From: an uncultured archaeon
Lineage (GTDB): Archaea > Asgardarchaeota > Hermodarchaeia > Hermodarchaeales > Hermodarchaeaceae
Length of the DNA stretch: 64,000 nt
Assembly: GCA_964347045.1 (NCBI GenBank)
Contig: CAYFXC010000010.1
Location: 41,940 to 105,939, forward strand
Direction: 5' to 3'
Part shown: positions 20,374-29,519 of the stretch, in pieces
How the letters are laid out: each line of letters opens with the position of its first letter
Position numbering within the stretch: position 1 is the first letter of the stretch
Notes under the pieces: model-generated
Database searches by the model: none
What the model saw: only the letters and a program-made list of their open reading frames with translations
What the model was told of the DNA's origin: nothing
Program-made: the position numbers and the translations under genes

Positions 20374-21393
20374 TTGCAAGAATTACTAGTTGAAGGAAGG
20401 GCCTTGACTAAGCTGGATACAATACATAAACTGGCAATTCTAGGTGGACTAGGAGCAGTATTGAGCCCTTTCATATCGCTCTTTGTTTCCGGAGGAAATA
20501 TCAGAAATTACTGGATTTTTCAGATTTTAAATTTTTATAGCGTAGGTGTTGTAGTGTTCATCCTATTGCTCATCGCGAGCATTTTAGCAAGTATAATGGC
20601 AGTCCGTGCAGCGAATTTTGTTTCCAAGATGCCCCAACGTGCAGCCTCTGATCTCAAAGCCTCTGGCATCCTTATCCTAATCGTTGGGATAATCTCATTG
20701 ACCAATGTACTAGCGGTAATATCAGGAATTCTCATACTTGCGGTAGGTGTAGAATGTGATGCCATTTGGAAGAAGATTCAACACGCCCGAACTCAAACGG
20801 GTTGGCCCTACGTAACAGTTGCTACAGCAGCAGGAAGTACATGGGCTCGACGAACTTCCTGTGAATTCTGTGGAGCCCCTTTAGTAATTAAAAAGGCAAC
20901 TGCCCGTGAACATCTCATCCTTATTGAAACCCAGTGTCCTCTTGATAACACATTCGATACTGTACAACTCCCCCTTTCTCGCTTAGATTCATGGACAGCC
21001 GTCGCGGCAGATCGACTTCATCGATGTGAAAAATGTGGAAACCGAACTGCGGCTCTTATTATGATCGGACAATCTGGAGTAACGACCAGCTTACAGGCTT
21101 ATTGCCCCAGAGGACATAGTAATCGAACTTACCGAAAAGTTTGGACACCTCTATACCCTCATATAGCCCAAACGCCAAGTGTAAATCTTGGATTCCAAGG
21201 TAGACCAAAGCGGTACCAATTTCAATCAATATTTCAAGATCATTATCGAAGCACCTTTACACAACCTATACCCATATCTTCTAGAAAATCAGGTCTTACA
21301 TACTCCGAATCGATTGGATTCTGCACTCAATGTGGAGTCAAAATCGAACTATCCGATACCTACTGCTTCAGATGTGGGCATCAAATAAACTAA
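20374..21393 (+). CDS. Membrane protein (about 4 TM) with cytoplasmic multi-zinc-finger region and C-terminal zinc ribbon
   Basis: TM N-terminus; CEFCG, CP, CEKCG, CPRGH; C-terminal CTQCG...CFRCG. Confidence 0.75.
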   Translation: MQELLVEGRALTKLDTIHKLAILGGLGAVLSPFISLFVSGGNIRNYWIFQILNFYSVGVVVFILLLIASILASIMAVRAANFVSKMPQRAASDLKASGILILIVGIISLTNVLAVISGILILAVGVECDAIWKKIQHARTQTGWPYVTVATAAGSTWARRTSCEFCGAPLVIKKATAREHLILIETQCPLDNTFDTVQLPLSRLDSWTAVAADRLHRCEKCGNRTAALIMIGQSGVTTSLQAYCPRGHSNRTYRKVWTPLYPHIAQTPSVNLGFQGRPKRYQFQSIFQDHYRSTFTQPIPISSRKSGLTYSESIGFCTQCGVKIELSDTYCFRCGHQIN

Positions 21394-21929
21394 TGGTGAA
21401 AATCATGGTCCAAGCAGCAATCGAAGCAAACTTCACCTGCTCTTGTGGAACTCCATTCATTGTTATGACTTTGGATCCTGCTCCTAATGACAAAATCTCA
21501 GGATTATTAGTATGTCCCAGACATAAAGTGGGCCATCATATTACTCTAGACCATTCGGGCCTTGATCTCTGGGTTGGAGTTGTTGCAGACCACCTCTATC
21601 GTTGTGCATTATGTGGAAGAGAGTTACCACCAGCTACAGCTGTGAGTTCCTCGGAAGTAGCAACAACATTCACACTCAACTGTCCCGTACACAGCACCCA
21701 AAATAACACCCGAACTGTTTGGAGTGTTATACACCGAAGACTTCTTTCCGAAATTCAACACCGTCGAGTACCACCAGAACCACCCGAAACTCCAACCCAA
21801 TCTGAAGAACCAAAAACGCGACCAGCCGTTGAATCTGCTGAACCCAAAGCTATTTACTGTCCTCAATGTGGTAAGAAAATCCGCCCGAATGATAATTTCT
21901 GTTTTCAATGCGGAAGTGCTATCGATTAG
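21393..21929 (+). CDS. Soluble multi-zinc-finger protein, paralogous to the cytoplasmic part of the upstream gene
   Basis: CSCG, CPRH, CALCG, CPVH; Pro/Glu linker; CPQCG...CFQCG. Start at 21393 or 21405. Confidence 0.75.
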   Translation: MVKIMVQAAIEANFTCSCGTPFIVMTLDPAPNDKISGLLVCPRHKVGHHITLDHSGLDLWVGVVADHLYRCALCGRELPPATAVSSSEVATTFTLNCPVHSTQNNTRTVWSVIHRRLLSEIQHRRVPPEPPETPTQSEEPKTRPAVESAEPKAIYCPQCGKKIRPNDNFCFQCGSAID

Positions 21930-21968
21930 TTTGGGCAATTATACTACAGGAGCTCCTAATACTTTGGA

Positions 21969-23549
21969 TTACGCGGAGTCAAAAAATGCTTTACCAAAGG
22001 AATGAAACAAAAGCTGTTTTATCATAGGAGCCGCTGGATTTCCTCTGGCATATAAAAAATAAACTAGGCTACCAAAAAGGGGTACTAGAAGACTGCTGGA
22101 AAATGCCTTCCATGAATTCATCGTCAAGGGAGGTCTCCAGACATCAAGGTTTAACTTCCACGAACGAGTAAACACTTCCCATTGTAAATCAGTCAATGCT
22201 TCGATTTCTGGTCGACTTCCTTCACTTAGAATAGATGGACGCAAAGGAACCCAAAGAAGTGGTGTTACAAACAGTTTCATTCCTTTAATATCATCAAGAA
22301 GTTCTAGTGTAGCATTCACATCCTTTTCTTCTTCTCCAGGTAATCCAACGAGCCATGTAGTAAGGGGAAACCATCGATTATCATTAAGTATACCGATGGA
22401 TTGTTTCACAATGTCAGGCCATTCTTCAGGAGTAAAAGGTAAAGCTTTACCTGCCATCCGCTGTTTGAACAAGCGTACGCTCCCAGTTTCAACTCCAGCT
22501 TCAGCAGTAACATAAGGCTTACCTCCATGCTTGTACCGACCACGAGTTACAAGAAGTTCTGCAACCTCTTCCAAACACTTTGGATCTGTAACCACTGGAG
22601 CCAATGCAATGTGAGCTGGTTGAATGTATTTTAAGTCCGGAACTTCGACCAGTTTAGCAATTAAATCAACAATCGCTTTACGATTGGGAATAAATCGTGA
22701 TGATTTAAGACCATAGAGAAAAAGATCTTCAGTGGCGAGGATGGCCATCTCATTTCCCGCTTCAGTGTTTGCTACAACTTCCTTTAAGATATGATCAATA
22801 GGAAGGGAAAATCTTCGTCGCTGTGTCGGAGAGCAAAATTGGCATCCACGACCACACCCACGGGTAATTTCCACCGTGCCGTGAAGGGAACCTCCACGAA
22901 TGATAGGAATTTCTTCTGGTGATCGGAGAACTCCGCCAACGATAGTTGGTAGTAGATTTTCACCATTCACTGCTTGATGAAAAAGGTTCAAGACATTAGG
23001 ACCAACCTCGCCAGTAACTACACTATCGATACCCAAGGTTTTCCGGGCAGCTGGTCCCGCAACCTGCCATGCTCCAGCACCCCCCACAATCACTTTCGCT
23101 TGTCCTCGATCATGAACTTTAGCGATTGTCGTCTTTCGAAGGAGGTGACGGAACTCTTTGCGGTTTCGTGGTTCACTTCCAAGTGCAAACATATTCGAAT
23201 AAGTCAAACTAACATAGGCGATCCCGAGAGGATCCATGCTTGAAACGCCCACAACGCGGGTATCAGGTCCAATAAATTGTTTCAGATTCTTTGGATGAAC
23301 CACAGCAAGATCAGATTCATTAAAACCATTATCTAGAAGCAAGGCTTCAATCTTTCTTAACCCATAGGGAGCAATTCTAGCCCGACCATTTGGCAAATCA
23401 GACTCTTTGGGCATATAGAGGGGTTTGAGAAAACTAGGAATTAGAAGAAAAGATCCCGCGAAAGCTCCAAATGGGTCATCACCAAAATGGCTCATTTCAA
23501 TTTCTGAAGCAGTCAAAACGATTTTAATACCATTCTTTGGAGGAACCAT
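21969..23549 (-). CDS. Archaeal B12-binding-domain radical SAM protein
   Basis: APYGLRKIEA, MDPLG, GGAGAWQ, EITRGCGRGCQFCSP, GVETGS. Confidence 0.9.
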   Translation of the reverse strand: MVPPKNGIKIVLTASEIEMSHFGDDPFGAFAGSFLLIPSFLKPLYMPKESDLPNGRARIAPYGLRKIEALLLDNGFNESDLAVVHPKNLKQFIGPDTRVVGVSSMDPLGIAYVSLTYSNMFALGSEPRNRKEFRHLLRKTTIAKVHDRGQAKVIVGGAGAWQVAGPAARKTLGIDSVVTGEVGPNVLNLFHQAVNGENLLPTIVGGVLRSPEEIPIIRGGSLHGTVEITRGCGRGCQFCSPTQRRRFSLPIDHILKEVVANTEAGNEMAILATEDLFLYGLKSSRFIPNRKAIVDLIAKLVEVPDLKYIQPAHIALAPVVTDPKCLEEVAELLVTRGRYKHGGKPYVTAEAGVETGSVRLFKQRMAGKALPFTPEEWPDIVKQSIGILNDNRWFPLTTWLVGLPGEEEKDVNATLELLDDIKGMKLFVTPLLWVPLRPSILSEGSRPEIEALTDLQWEVFTRSWKLNLDVWRPPLTMNSWKAFSSSLLVPLFGSLVYFLYARGNPAAPMIKQLLFHSFGKAFFDSA

Positions 23550-23731
23550 GAGACGACCTCAGACGGGAATCGCAGCCCGTGAATGTGCTTTTTCAGCAAA
23601 AAAAGCTTCTGCATTTATTTAAGAAATATCACCCAAATCCTTCGTCTTACAAACTTCATTGGAAAAAAATTCCTTAAAAAGAAGGTTCTAAAATTCAATT
23701 GAGATAAACTTGTGGTTTTTTTCATAAATAA

Positions 23732-24190
23732 TTAAGATTTCTCAAAATGAGTTTTTAAGTTCATGAGTGTTTGGCGAGCATCCAATCGAATTTGTTCATC
23801 GGGTTGTTGTCGTGTTTTTCATCGATTCTCCGACCCAAAAAACTTCGGGGGGGCCATATGTAATCTCGCAAGTGAGATGTGTTCCACTTGCAGTGTGTTC
23901 AAAAAACCATTTCGCATCTTGAAAAGGTTGCCTCGACGATGATCGGACATGCAAGGATCTTCCAAGCTGAATTTCAACGACTTCCAATTCCTGAGTGAAA
24001 CGAAAATCTTTAACGCTGATTTCCATCGCAAATCGTGCTCCCACACCCCAGAGGGCTTCGGTGGTTGGATCATAGCTTGTTACTGATGTGATGAATTTTG
24101 GGACGTTTCGATGATTGACAGCATATTAGAACAACTGTTCAAGAGGGGCAATGATTTCGATATTTTCGCTAATTTCTGTCTTTTTTGTTT
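23732..24190 (-). pseudogene. Degenerate SRPBCC/polyketide-cyclase-like gene
   Basis: ISENIEIIAPLEQLF*YAVNHRNVPKF...GVGARF...GTHLTCEITY contains an in-frame TAA. The C-terminal ...RQTLMNLKTHFEKS lies in another frame after homopolymer runs. Confidence 0.7.
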
Positions 24191-24226
24191 CCCATATAGG
24201 TAGCGTAACTTCTGGGTTCTTAAGAT

Positions 24227-25561
24227 TTAGCGGTGTAAGTATTGTTCCCATTCCCAGTCTGTGACTGTTCCATGAATGTATTTATACCATTCAGCTTTTC
24301 GGATTTGTTGGTAAAGATCAAAGAATTCAGAACCGATCACCTCAATAAGAACAGCATCCTTTTGAAGGGACTGAAGAGCGCCATCTAGAGTGTCCGGGAG
24401 CTGTTGGATTTTCAATTGACTTAGGTGTTTCCTTGATAGGTGATAGACATCCTCTATAACTGGCTCAGGAGCCTTGAGTTTTTTTTCTATGCCATCCATA
24501 CCCGCGCCTAGTAGCACCGGAAATAGCAGGTAAGGGTTTGTTAGAGGATCGGGTGAGCGAAACTCAATAGCTGCTTTTTCTGCACTTGTAAAGAGAGGAA
24601 TTCGAATTAGTGCAGATCGATTGAGATATCCCCAAGTAATGTATACTGGAGCTTCGAATCCAGGAACCAAGCGCTTGAAGGAATTTACTGTTGGATTGGC
24701 TAGAGCAGTGATTGCTGGAGCATGGTGCATAAGTCCTGCCACAAAATGATAGCCAGTCTCTGTGAGAGTCCCATCAGATTTTCCAAGGAGATTCTGATTA
24801 CCCTTCCATAGTTGAAGGTGCACATGCAAACCACTTCCTGCTTGGCTAGGAAAAGGTTTGGGCATAAAACTGACCTCTACATCATAGAGTGCTGCACGTC
24901 GACGTAGGAGGAGTTTGAAGAGTGTGAAATTATCAGCAGCACGTCCCAATTCTGTGAACGCAAGTTCGATTTCCTGTTGGCTTTGTCCATGTTCGGAATG
25001 GACCCAGGCTATTTCGATTCCTATTGCCCGCAAATCGAGCGCGGTCTCCAAAAGGAGGTCCATGCTTTGATTTTCTGGAAAAATGTCTGCATAGCCAGCC
25101 GTGTCGAGAGGCACTCCATCCTCTGTGAGGAAATAGAATTCAGGTTCAAGTTTAACTCGCATCTGTAAACCTTTTGCTGCGAGTTGTTCTAAACTTCGCT
25201 TGAGAATAGTTCTTGGCGCATGTGGATGAGGAATAAGATGTCCATCTGCACCACGCTGAAAAACATCAGAAATTACAATAGCGCGCCGTGGAACACTATT
25301 TGGCAATTCTTGGAGTGTGGAATTATCCGGAACAAGCTGGAGATCTGATGAAGTAATCGATGCGAGTCCTTTCACAGATGAACCATCGATACCACAACCG
25401 GGAACATGTGCTGACCCTTTTTTAAACGCGTTTACAGAATCAACCGGGTGGATAGGGACAGTCATTCCTTTCGGTACTCCGTCGATATCAACTGTAAGCA
25501 ATTCAACAAAATGGAGTTTGCCTCGACCTTCAGGGGAATTCGTTTCTTCGGGCATACGCAT
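24227..25561 (-). CDS. glnA: Glutamine synthetase type I family protein
   Basis: IDGSS, EPEFY, FMPKPF, GSGLHVH, KRLVPGFEAP, NRSALIRIP, EFRSPDP. Confidence 0.88.
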   Translation of the reverse strand: MRMPEETNSPEGRGKLHFVELLTVDIDGVPKGMTVPIHPVDSVNAFKKGSAHVPGCGIDGSSVKGLASITSSDLQLVPDNSTLQELPNSVPRRAIVISDVFQRGADGHLIPHPHAPRTILKRSLEQLAAKGLQMRVKLEPEFYFLTEDGVPLDTAGYADIFPENQSMDLLLETALDLRAIGIEIAWVHSEHGQSQQEIELAFTELGRAADNFTLFKLLLRRRAALYDVEVSFMPKPFPSQAGSGLHVHLQLWKGNQNLLGKSDGTLTETGYHFVAGLMHHAPAITALANPTVNSFKRLVPGFEAPVYITWGYLNRSALIRIPLFTSAEKAAIEFRSPDPLTNPYLLFPVLLGAGMDGIEKKLKAPEPVIEDVYHLSRKHLSQLKIQQLPDTLDGALQSLQKDAVLIEVIGSEFFDLYQQIRKAEWYKYIHGTVTDWEWEQYLHR

Positions 25562-25681
25562 TACCTCAGTCGACGTTTGAGAAGATAGAACTGGGATGTT
25601 GGCTTTTAAATCTCCATCGCAAGTTTATCTGTCGAACATTCCAGTGTAGATTAGGATAAGTTTATTGGGGAAAACTCTACT

Positions 25682-27640
25682 TTGAGCATGAAGACGGTGC
25701 GTTGCATGAAAGGGGCGCGACCAAAAATCCTTCCACTACTTCTCTCGCTGCTCCTAATTCCTTCCTTCACAATATTTGGCACCTCATATGTTGTTTCTCA
25801 GCCAATTGACTCAATTCCTCAGACAAGGTTGTATAACCCATCACTGAACTTAACAAAAGTATCAAAGACACGCACACTATTGGCAAATGAAAATCCTCCA
25901 CGAAACTGGACAGTACTTGTGTACATGGCAGCCGATAATGACCAGCATTTTCCCGCTTTTGATAACATTAACGAAATGGAAATAGTTGGATCGACTCAAC
26001 AAGTTAACATCATTGTATATGTTGACTTCCTAACCAATAGCACTCAATTTGGTGCAGGCGCTTATACTTTCAATATTACGCGAGATTCACCCCTGGCCAA
26101 TAGTTCAATCAATTCGCAACCACTAAACACACCACTTCCTACTGAACCAAACATGGGAGATCCCACAACTCTCCTTGCATTTATTCAATTTGCTCAGAAC
26201 TATTCCCAAGCAGAACATTATATGCTGATAATCTGGGATAAGGGAACAGGCTACACCGGTGTTTGTTTTGATGAAACCAGTGGGGGTGATCGTCTTCTTC
26301 CTCAGGAGATAGCTCTAGTTTTAGAAAATAATACTATTGAGCCGATCAGCATCACTGCCTTTGATGCTTCCCTCATGGGACAGATCGAACTAGCATATGA
26401 GCTTCAAGAAGGAACAGAATATATAATCTTCTCAGAAGAAACCATTCCAAATCAACATTTCCCCTATCATACTTTTTTGAACAGCCTTATTCTTCAAGAA
26501 GATTCAAGTCCATTCCTGCTCGCAAAAGAAGTTGTTGACCGATATATCGAGGCTTATTCACCAGGCGGCACATACTATTCTGATTTTTCTATTCCTCCAT
26601 CAACTCTGTGCCTTTCGGTCATTAACACTTCCATGATGCCCACTGTCTTTACATGGTTTAATCAAGCCATTAACTGGTTAAATACCAGCTATAATATATA
26701 CAGGTCTTATTCTGGAATATGCAAATCAAGAGGTTTAACACAGCAATTTAGTGTCGCTCATTACATTGACTTAGGAACCTTCGCCTACCAATTACTACAA
26801 TGGGTACCGGATCTAACGTTCCAAAATTTTGTTGAGAATCTCAGCATCAGTATTCAATCGGCAGTTTCTTACCAATTGCACCTTTCGGGTTCACCCGGAG
26901 CTACTGGATTAGGCATTAATTTTAATTACTATGATCCAGTCCCACTTTCATTTCTCAATAACTCGGCCTATGAAGACGTTATTACCAAATTGTTTACACT
27001 TGGTGAAACTGCAGACACTTCAATTCTTTCATTATCATTAGGTCCCATTTTTGGTTATCTCGATGGAAAAGCCGACTCAGTATATTTTAGATTTTCTCCT
27101 CAAATCGCTGTTGAACACACTGTCATACTAACTGCTTTTCAAAACGTTGATGAAGACTTTGACCTTTATTTGTATGACAGTAATCTGAATTTATTAACAC
27201 GAGCTGTTGGTATAACTTCAGATGAAGCTGTGCAATGGTCCCTAATTCCTGGACAACTTTACTATATCCAAATTTTTTCAAATCCGAGAGCTGACATCAC
27301 ATATGGATTAGGTTCATTTGAAATCATAATTAATCCAAGTTTTCCAGTTAATCCAGCGTCAGTGGTAATACAGATTGGTATCTTTACCATTATTCTCTGC
27401 ATCATTCTGTTCATTATATACATTATTTGGCGGAACTGGGAAAACATTAAACGGGCAATCGAAAGCTATCAAATTAGGCGAATGGCAAAGCGGATCCAAA
27501 CCGAAGCAACCACGGAAACTGGATCCCCAACTTCTACATCAACATGCGAAAAATGTAGCGAAGTATTACCTGAAGATGCAAAATTCTGTTCAAATTGTGG
27601 AGAAACCTTTGAAGAACCTTCAGAAAATCCCAAAGATTAA
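25682..27640 (+). CDS. Clostripain (C11)-fold cell-surface protein with PPC-like domain, TM and cytoplasmic zinc ribbon; canonical dyad substituted
   Basis: WTVLVYMAADND, NMGDPTTL, IWDKGTG (normally WxHG), FDASLMG (normally FDAC), DFDLYLYD, TM, CEKC...CSNCG. Confidence 0.85.
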   Translation: MSMKTVRCMKGARPKILPLLLSLLLIPSFTIFGTSYVVSQPIDSIPQTRLYNPSLNLTKVSKTRTLLANENPPRNWTVLVYMAADNDQHFPAFDNINEMEIVGSTQQVNIIVYVDFLTNSTQFGAGAYTFNITRDSPLANSSINSQPLNTPLPTEPNMGDPTTLLAFIQFAQNYSQAEHYMLIIWDKGTGYTGVCFDETSGGDRLLPQEIALVLENNTIEPISITAFDASLMGQIELAYELQEGTEYIIFSEETIPNQHFPYHTFLNSLILQEDSSPFLLAKEVVDRYIEAYSPGGTYYSDFSIPPSTLCLSVINTSMMPTVFTWFNQAINWLNTSYNIYRSYSGICKSRGLTQQFSVAHYIDLGTFAYQLLQWVPDLTFQNFVENLSISIQSAVSYQLHLSGSPGATGLGINFNYYDPVPLSFLNNSAYEDVITKLFTLGETADTSILSLSLGPIFGYLDGKADSVYFRFSPQIAVEHTVILTAFQNVDEDFDLYLYDSNLNLLTRAVGITSDEAVQWSLIPGQLYYIQIFSNPRADITYGLGSFEIIINPSFPVNPASVVIQIGIFTIILCIILFIIYIIWRNWENIKRAIESYQIRRMAKRIQTEATTETGSPTSTSTCEKCSEVLPEDAKFCSNCGETFEEPSENPKD

Positions 27641-29421
27641 TCTTTAATGAGCTGTTCGAGTTGTGTAATGAACGCTTCTGCTTGTTTCATCCCAAGAGCC
27701 CAGAAATCCTCTTTTGAAATATCAAAATCTAGTTCAGCCGCAAGTTTCCGTGGCGAACTTGTGCTACCAGCAGAAAGTATTCGTTTGAGTTTTGGTACAA
27801 AGTCTTTGCCCTGTTCTTTGTAGAGCCGGTAAAGAGCAAACACAAAGAGATTAGCAAAGACATAGGGATAATTGTATAACCGGAATCTTGGGATGTAATA
27901 ATGCCCTTTGAAAGTCCACTCCCATTTGCTTTCCGGTAGCCATTCGACCGCGTTTCCGAACATCCTGTCACGCCCCTTAACCCAATATTTCGAAATGGTT
28001 TCGCCATCGAGATATTCACCTCTTTCAAAAGCAGCATACATATCTATTTCAAAGAAATAACGGGCTGAAACTTGGAAAACCGTTTGTCCAAATTCATCAA
28101 GCACACGAACGAGGACTTCGATTTTCTCATCGTTAGTCTTTGCTTCCTCAATAAGCTTGTCCGATAATAGAAGTTCCCCAAAGATACTGCCTACTTCAGC
28201 AATACACATTCCAATATCTGTGTTAATAGGTTTCAGCCCAGACATTAGATAATCATGAACTGCATGACCGTTTTCATGAACCAGAGTAAAAACTTCACTA
28301 AGTTTGCCATTATAACTCAATAAAATGAAAGCTGATTTGCCCGCGAGCCAAGGCGAGCAGAATGCTCCTTGTCGTTTTCCTTCACGAATCGCTCCATCAA
28401 TCCTATTTTTATCAAACATATCTCTTACAACCTGAGCAAGCTCGGGATCAAACCCCTCGTAAGTGTCAACAGATATTTGTTGGGCTTTTTTCCAATCAAA
28501 ACTACGTTCTGGCATATTAGCTAGTGGGGTAACCACATCCCATTCTCCTAGTTTGGGTAAGTTCATGAGCTTTGCTTTTAGATGAAGATAACGCTGAAAG
28601 AGTGTTGAGTGATTATCAACTGTTTTCATTAACGCGTCAATCGTTTCAGAGTCAACATCGTTATCAATAAGACTCTGAGTTCGTGGGGATGGCCATTTTC
28701 GTTTCTTACTCATTTCTACATGATCGCCAATAAGAGCCCGTGCACCGCTCGCCCAGATGATTTCGTCTTTTCCAAGACCTGTCCAAATAATACTCTTTGC
28801 AGCTTTGCGAACATCTCGATCAGAGTCTTCGAAGAGAGCATGGATTTGCGTAAACGGCATCTGTTTCATTTCGCCATCGATTTCGATTTCAAACATCCGC
28901 GTTGAAAGCCAGTCCCCACGAAGTTGTTGCCACGAATCAATGCCAAATTGATCTTTTTGAATAATAAGTTGTTCTTCCATTTCACTCAAAACATGTGGTA
29001 CTTTGCGTTGGGCGATTTCAAGAACATGTTTGTATTCAGCAAGAACAGGATTATCAATAAGCTCCGGTCGGGCTGCAATCGCTTGTATAAGTTCAATCTC
29101 TGTGAAGGCAAGGAGTTGACCAATCTTTGAGTTCATCCTGCGTGCTAAATCTGCAGCTTGTTTGGCAGCATCATCAAGAGAATTTGCAGCATAGCTAAGA
29201 TATGAGTATTTGAAAGCGCCTTCGCGTTTTAGATAGTTATCTTGGGTTTTTTCAAGAAATGCTTTCAATTCTGTGGGATTAAGTTTGCGAATTTTTCCTT
29301 TGTATTCAATTGCCAGTTCTTCTGCGTCCTTGACAGCCTGATCCATCTGTATTTTGAGTTTGTCAAGCTTCGTTGAGGGAACCAATGGACTTAGGTCCCA
29401 CACTGCACCTTTTACGGTCAT
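27637..29421 (-). CDS. pepF: M3B oligoendopeptidase F
   Basis: WDLSPL, GKRQGAFC, HENGHAVH...AEVGS, YNYPY. Confidence 0.93.
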   Translation of the reverse strand: MTVKGAVWDLSPLVPSTKLDKLKIQMDQAVKDAEELAIEYKGKIRKLNPTELKAFLEKTQDNYLKREGAFKYSYLSYAANSLDDAAKQAADLARRMNSKIGQLLAFTEIELIQAIAARPELIDNPVLAEYKHVLEIAQRKVPHVLSEMEEQLIIQKDQFGIDSWQQLRGDWLSTRMFEIEIDGEMKQMPFTQIHALFEDSDRDVRKAAKSIIWTGLGKDEIIWASGARALIGDHVEMSKKRKWPSPRTQSLIDNDVDSETIDALMKTVDNHSTLFQRYLHLKAKLMNLPKLGEWDVVTPLANMPERSFDWKKAQQISVDTYEGFDPELAQVVRDMFDKNRIDGAIREGKRQGAFCSPWLAGKSAFILLSYNGKLSEVFTLVHENGHAVHDYLMSGLKPINTDIGMCIAEVGSIFGELLLSDKLIEEAKTNDEKIEVLVRVLDEFGQTVFQVSARYFFEIDMYAAFERGEYLDGETISKYWVKGRDRMFGNAVEWLPESKWEWTFKGHYYIPRFRLYNYPYVFANLFVFALYRLYKEQGKDFVPKLKRILSAGSTSSPRKLAAELDFDISKEDFWALGMKQAEAFITQLEQLIKD

Positions 29422-29519
29422 AATAAAACGCTCACTCGTGAAATGTGCTTCAAGGTTAAAAGTTACATGGATTAGTTATCTTCTGTCAAAAGCATAATGA
29501 GAAATGGCTAGCAGGTATA

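Noticed and set aside
24128-24133. In-frame stop read as Sec/Pyl recoding
   Set aside because: The codon is TAA, not TGA/TAG, and other lesions are present in the gene.
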